A stretch of DNA of 64,000 nucleotides. It comes from an uncultured Verrucomicrobiae bacterium (GTDB lineage Bacteria; Verrucomicrobiota; Verrucomicrobiia; Chthoniobacterales; UBA10450). The notes under the pieces were generated by a model, which saw only the letters and a list, made by a program, of their open reading frames with translations, made no database searches and was not told the DNA's origin. How positions within the stretch are numbered: position 1 is the stretch's first letter; every line of letters begins with the position of its first letter. Of this stretch, positions 61,400-64,000 are shown piece after piece. A program made the position numbers and the translations under genes. Where the stretch lies: contig CAVTMK010000002.1 of NCBI GenBank assembly GCA_963735805.1, positions 448,001-512,000 of the forward strand, given 5' to 3'.

Positions 61400-61661
61400 G
61401 ATTGCTTCCTCTCACGGTAGCCTTCCCGCAGAAGAAATAGGTCAGCAGCTGTCGTGTGCTGTAATGGGTCAAGACCTAGGTTGGCGTTTGTTCCAGACAT
61501 GTCAGCGTACGGATTTCGTCACCGAAAAATGCTCGGCCATACTGAAGAGCAGCAAGCAAAGCTAATGTACAAAGAAATATCGCCCCTAACGCGACGCATT
61601 GACGCCGTGATAGATGCCGCAAGTTCAGTTCACAACGAACGCAATGTACTGGATTTCGCAT
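61400..61661 (-). pseudogene. Truncated 5' remnant of a GT-C-like membrane gene
   Basis: TM segment followed by FFGDEIRTL, then an in-frame stop and degeneration. Confidence 0.4.
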
Positions 61662-61744
61662 TTGACAAGCAATGTGCCGGAGCTGCGCAAGCGAGTCCGA
61701 ACGCTATGAATAGCTGTGGAAAATCGCCGCCAACATTACCGACC

Positions 61745-62845
61745 TTATGTGTCGAGATAATTCCGAAGGAATAACTCCATGATATGGTGTGCTCCGGCGC
61801 TTCTTACGTGCCTGAGATCAGGCTCCCATACCGCGGCGCGATCGGAGTTTTGCACGATCTCGTAACTTGGAAAATAATCCACGTTAGCGTGGGCGGCAGC
61901 CCATTCTTGGGCGACTACTCTCAGCAACGATTTGGCCCAGGTGTTGGCTACGACAATGTCCATGGGTGAAAACGTGTTCATCAAAGGGACAGGGGAGACA
62001 GTGACGATAATATGAACGTCGGGATGTCCATACTGGGATAGCAAGGCGTATATGGCTTCCAAGTTAGCCCAGTTTTCGGTGAAAGTGGTGAGATGAAATT
62101 CGTACCGGTTCGGGCGAGGCTTTGACAAAGCTGGATTGGCATCCGGTCTCAATGTGTACGCCACGTCAAGGGGAGTGCAATTGACGAACACATCGGCCTG
62201 AACGTCGCGCCATACCTCTGCAAGGCCCAGGGTGAGGATCACAGCGCGGCAATCTCTGATGCGCTTTGTAACCAGTTGCATCAGCGCGCGGCGCTCCAGA
62301 GTTTCTTCCAAGCCGGTGAAGCTCAACGCCGGGTTTGTATGCGGGTCATACCAGGTGGTTTCTGTGAGTTGAACAATAGATTGCAAAGGAAATACTGCGT
62401 CTGGATCAAGTGCCCAGCGCAATTCGTTTAATATCGAATACGTGTTGTATTTGTTGATAAAGCCAAGTCCTGATTTTTCATTGTCAGCCAGCTGGAGATT
62501 GGCAAATTCAGGCGCTGCGCTTTCAACAGCGATCTTGTTGCTCAACAATGCGCTTTCGAGACCGCGGGCGAAACATGAGCCTATAGCGTAAAATTTGTCG
62601 TCCCTGCAGAGCTTAAACTTGGGATTAACCTTGGGTGTGAACCAGGTGTGATGCAGTCGCTGAAAGGCGTACTCGCCAGCCGGATCGTTGGAATCGGCCT
62701 TGCTATTATACCAGACCGCAGCCGCGTTTCTTTTATAGTTTTCCATCGCCTCACCTGCAGTCGCAATGGACGGCGATTCTATCGAGGATATGCGATCGCT
62801 CGGTGGATTGAAATCGGTTGTTTCGCTAAAGCAGGCCTCTGGCAT
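61745..62845 (-). CDS. GSCFA domain-containing protein (SGNH/GDSL-like)
   Basis: AIGSCFA, LTLGLAEVW, IVTVSPVPL, KSLLR, YFPSYEIV, DLRHV. Confidence 0.92.
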   Translation of the reverse strand: MPEACFSETTDFNPPSDRISSIESPSIATAGEAMENYKRNAAAVWYNSKADSNDPAGEYAFQRLHHTWFTPKVNPKFKLCRDDKFYAIGSCFARGLESALLSNKIAVESAAPEFANLQLADNEKSGLGFINKYNTYSILNELRWALDPDAVFPLQSIVQLTETTWYDPHTNPALSFTGLEETLERRALMQLVTKRIRDCRAVILTLGLAEVWRDVQADVFVNCTPLDVAYTLRPDANPALSKPRPNRYEFHLTTFTENWANLEAIYALLSQYGHPDVHIIVTVSPVPLMNTFSPMDIVVANTWAKSLLRVVAQEWAAAHANVDYFPSYEIVQNSDRAAVWEPDLRHVRSAGAHHIMELFLRNYLDT

Positions 62846-62859
62846 AGCTCAAAAAGATT

Positions 62860-64000
62860 CTAGCGCCGGCGGTAGATGCTGTGGCTCTCTGTTGGACGCC
62901 CGCCCTTTTTCCACAGGTTGTACTCTGCTGCAACCAAGGATAGCACAATGTAGCGGTCTTCCTGGTTATTGAGGTCGTAGTTGGGGAAGTAAGCAGGATT
63001 AACCAAGCGCCACAGAAAGCAGTTTCGACGCCACATTTCCACCGGATCGAGGTAGCGCAACAGGAGCGACTCAATCTCCTCGCTCCGGATTCCTTCGAAG
63101 CTATTAGCCGAAAAGTCCGTTTCTGGAACGGTAGAATCGACGTTGCCGGTAAACGCGTTGCGGCGGAAACGCTCTGGAAGGAGAGAGAACATCCGATTAG
63201 CAGCGTCTAGCGCTTCAGGCCATAGCTGATTGCCATTGCGACCGATCGCTTCTCCAATGACCCAGAATTCGCCCTTCGGGACAAGCAGTTCGGTGACCGT
63301 TTGAACCACGTGCTCAATTTCCACGACGTGATGCAGCCCTGACACGAACATCGCAACGTCGAAAGTAAGATTGCCGAACTGCTCTGCCGAGATAACATTT
63401 ACGTCGCCAAGGACCGCTAATATTTGGGCAACGGAAGAAAGCGCGGCGGTCGCTTTTTGCATTAAATTCTCGTTAAGATCGAACAGCGTTATCTCTACGG
63501 GACAACCTGCATCAGCGATCATCTTCCTTTCTATGCCTGCGGCGCCTGAGCATAGCGACAGTATCCGCACCGGCCGACCCTCCCGCTCATGCACAGAACG
63601 AATGCGCTTCGGGAAATTTGGTTGAGTCGGAATGAGGCTGCACAAAACTCTGTGTGCGTAGCGGTATACGTCCTCGCCTTCCAAGGCTTTTGCTGACGGA
63701 AGTCTCAGTAGAGATTCCGCCGCAATAGGCTCTTCGGACTTGGGCCTGGGCCCAAGGCTGATTTTCGTAAGATGTGAGCCAGCCTCTCTGCCTTGATCGG
63801 CTTCACGATAATCATACATCGCGTGGTCGTACGATGCGTTGAAGCGTTCAAGTGTAGTCTTGATACGGCGTGATTGATGACGGCGCGCACTCAGCAGGCT
63901 GATGCGGTCGTCGGGACCGGCCACCCAGTTGATAACTGCGAGCTTCGACTCCAAATCGAAGTGGCCGCTAGGAGAAAAGCATCGGAGTCCCAGATGTCCG
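62860..64000 (-). CDS. Class I SAM-dependent methyltransferase (5' end beyond window)
   Basis: LSLCSGAA, SGLHHV, E.IG.NG, FEGIRSEEI; frame stays open to the window edge. Confidence 0.8.
   Translation of the reverse strand, partial: GHLGLRCFSPSGHFDLESKLAVINWVAGPDDRISLLSARRHQSRRIKTTLERFNASYDHAMYDYREADQGREAGSHLTKISLGPRPKSEEPIAAESLLRLPSAKALEGEDVYRYAHRVLCSLIPTQPNFPKRIRSVHEREGRPVRILSLCSGAAGIERKMIADAGCPVEITLFDLNENLMQKATAALSSVAQILAVLGDVNVISAEQFGNLTFDVAMFVSGLHHVVEIEHVVQTVTELLVPKGEFWVIGEAIGRNGNQLWPEALDAANRMFSLLPERFRRNAFTGNVDSTVPETDFSANSFEGIRSEEIESLLLRYLDPVEMWRRNCFLWRLVNPAYFPNYDLNNQEDRYIVLSLVAAEYNLWKKGGRPTESHSIYRRR

Noticed and set aside
1..64000. CRISPR array, rRNA, IS/transposase, retron or reverse transcriptase
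   Set aside because: No regularly spaced repeats or diagnostic motifs seen by eye

Overview
A 64-kb bacterial chromosomal segment. Gene content and style suggest soil Verrucomicrobiota (Chthoniobacterales, Ca. Udaeobacter-like); this is inference. Most of it is housekeeping backbone: leuS, mscL, galE, miaB, mtnP, rdgB, nrdJ with tandem NrdR boxes, uvrA, a tricorn protease, an acyl-CoA dehydrogenase and an exbB-exbD-tonB-exbD operon. Three regions stand out. (1) 1.1-7.4 kb holds three tandem membrane-anchored TolB-N/TPR paralogues with conserved heads, divergent TPR tails and no cytoplasmic output domain. (2) A ~5.6-kb decayed, integrase-less island (29862-35463) sits at the 3' end of tRNA-Ser(CGA), bounded by an exact 23-bp direct repeat. 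It carries an intact uracil-DNA-glycosylase-superfamily gene, FG-GAP and FHA proteins, phage-like micro-ORFs and pseudogenes, a perfect Verrucomicrobia-type LexA box and a perfect 29-bp palindrome. (3) A >16-kb glycosylation cluster (47.9 kb to window end) has two GT2s, five GT-C-like membrane proteins, three SAM methyltransferases, a GSCFA protein and two pseudogenes. bioF is inactivated by an internal deletion. Short palindromic or repeat elements appear inserted in frame in miaB, nrdJ and uvrA. No CRISPR array, rRNA, transposase, integrase or reverse transcriptase was seen. All calls rest on motif recognition by eye, with no database search.
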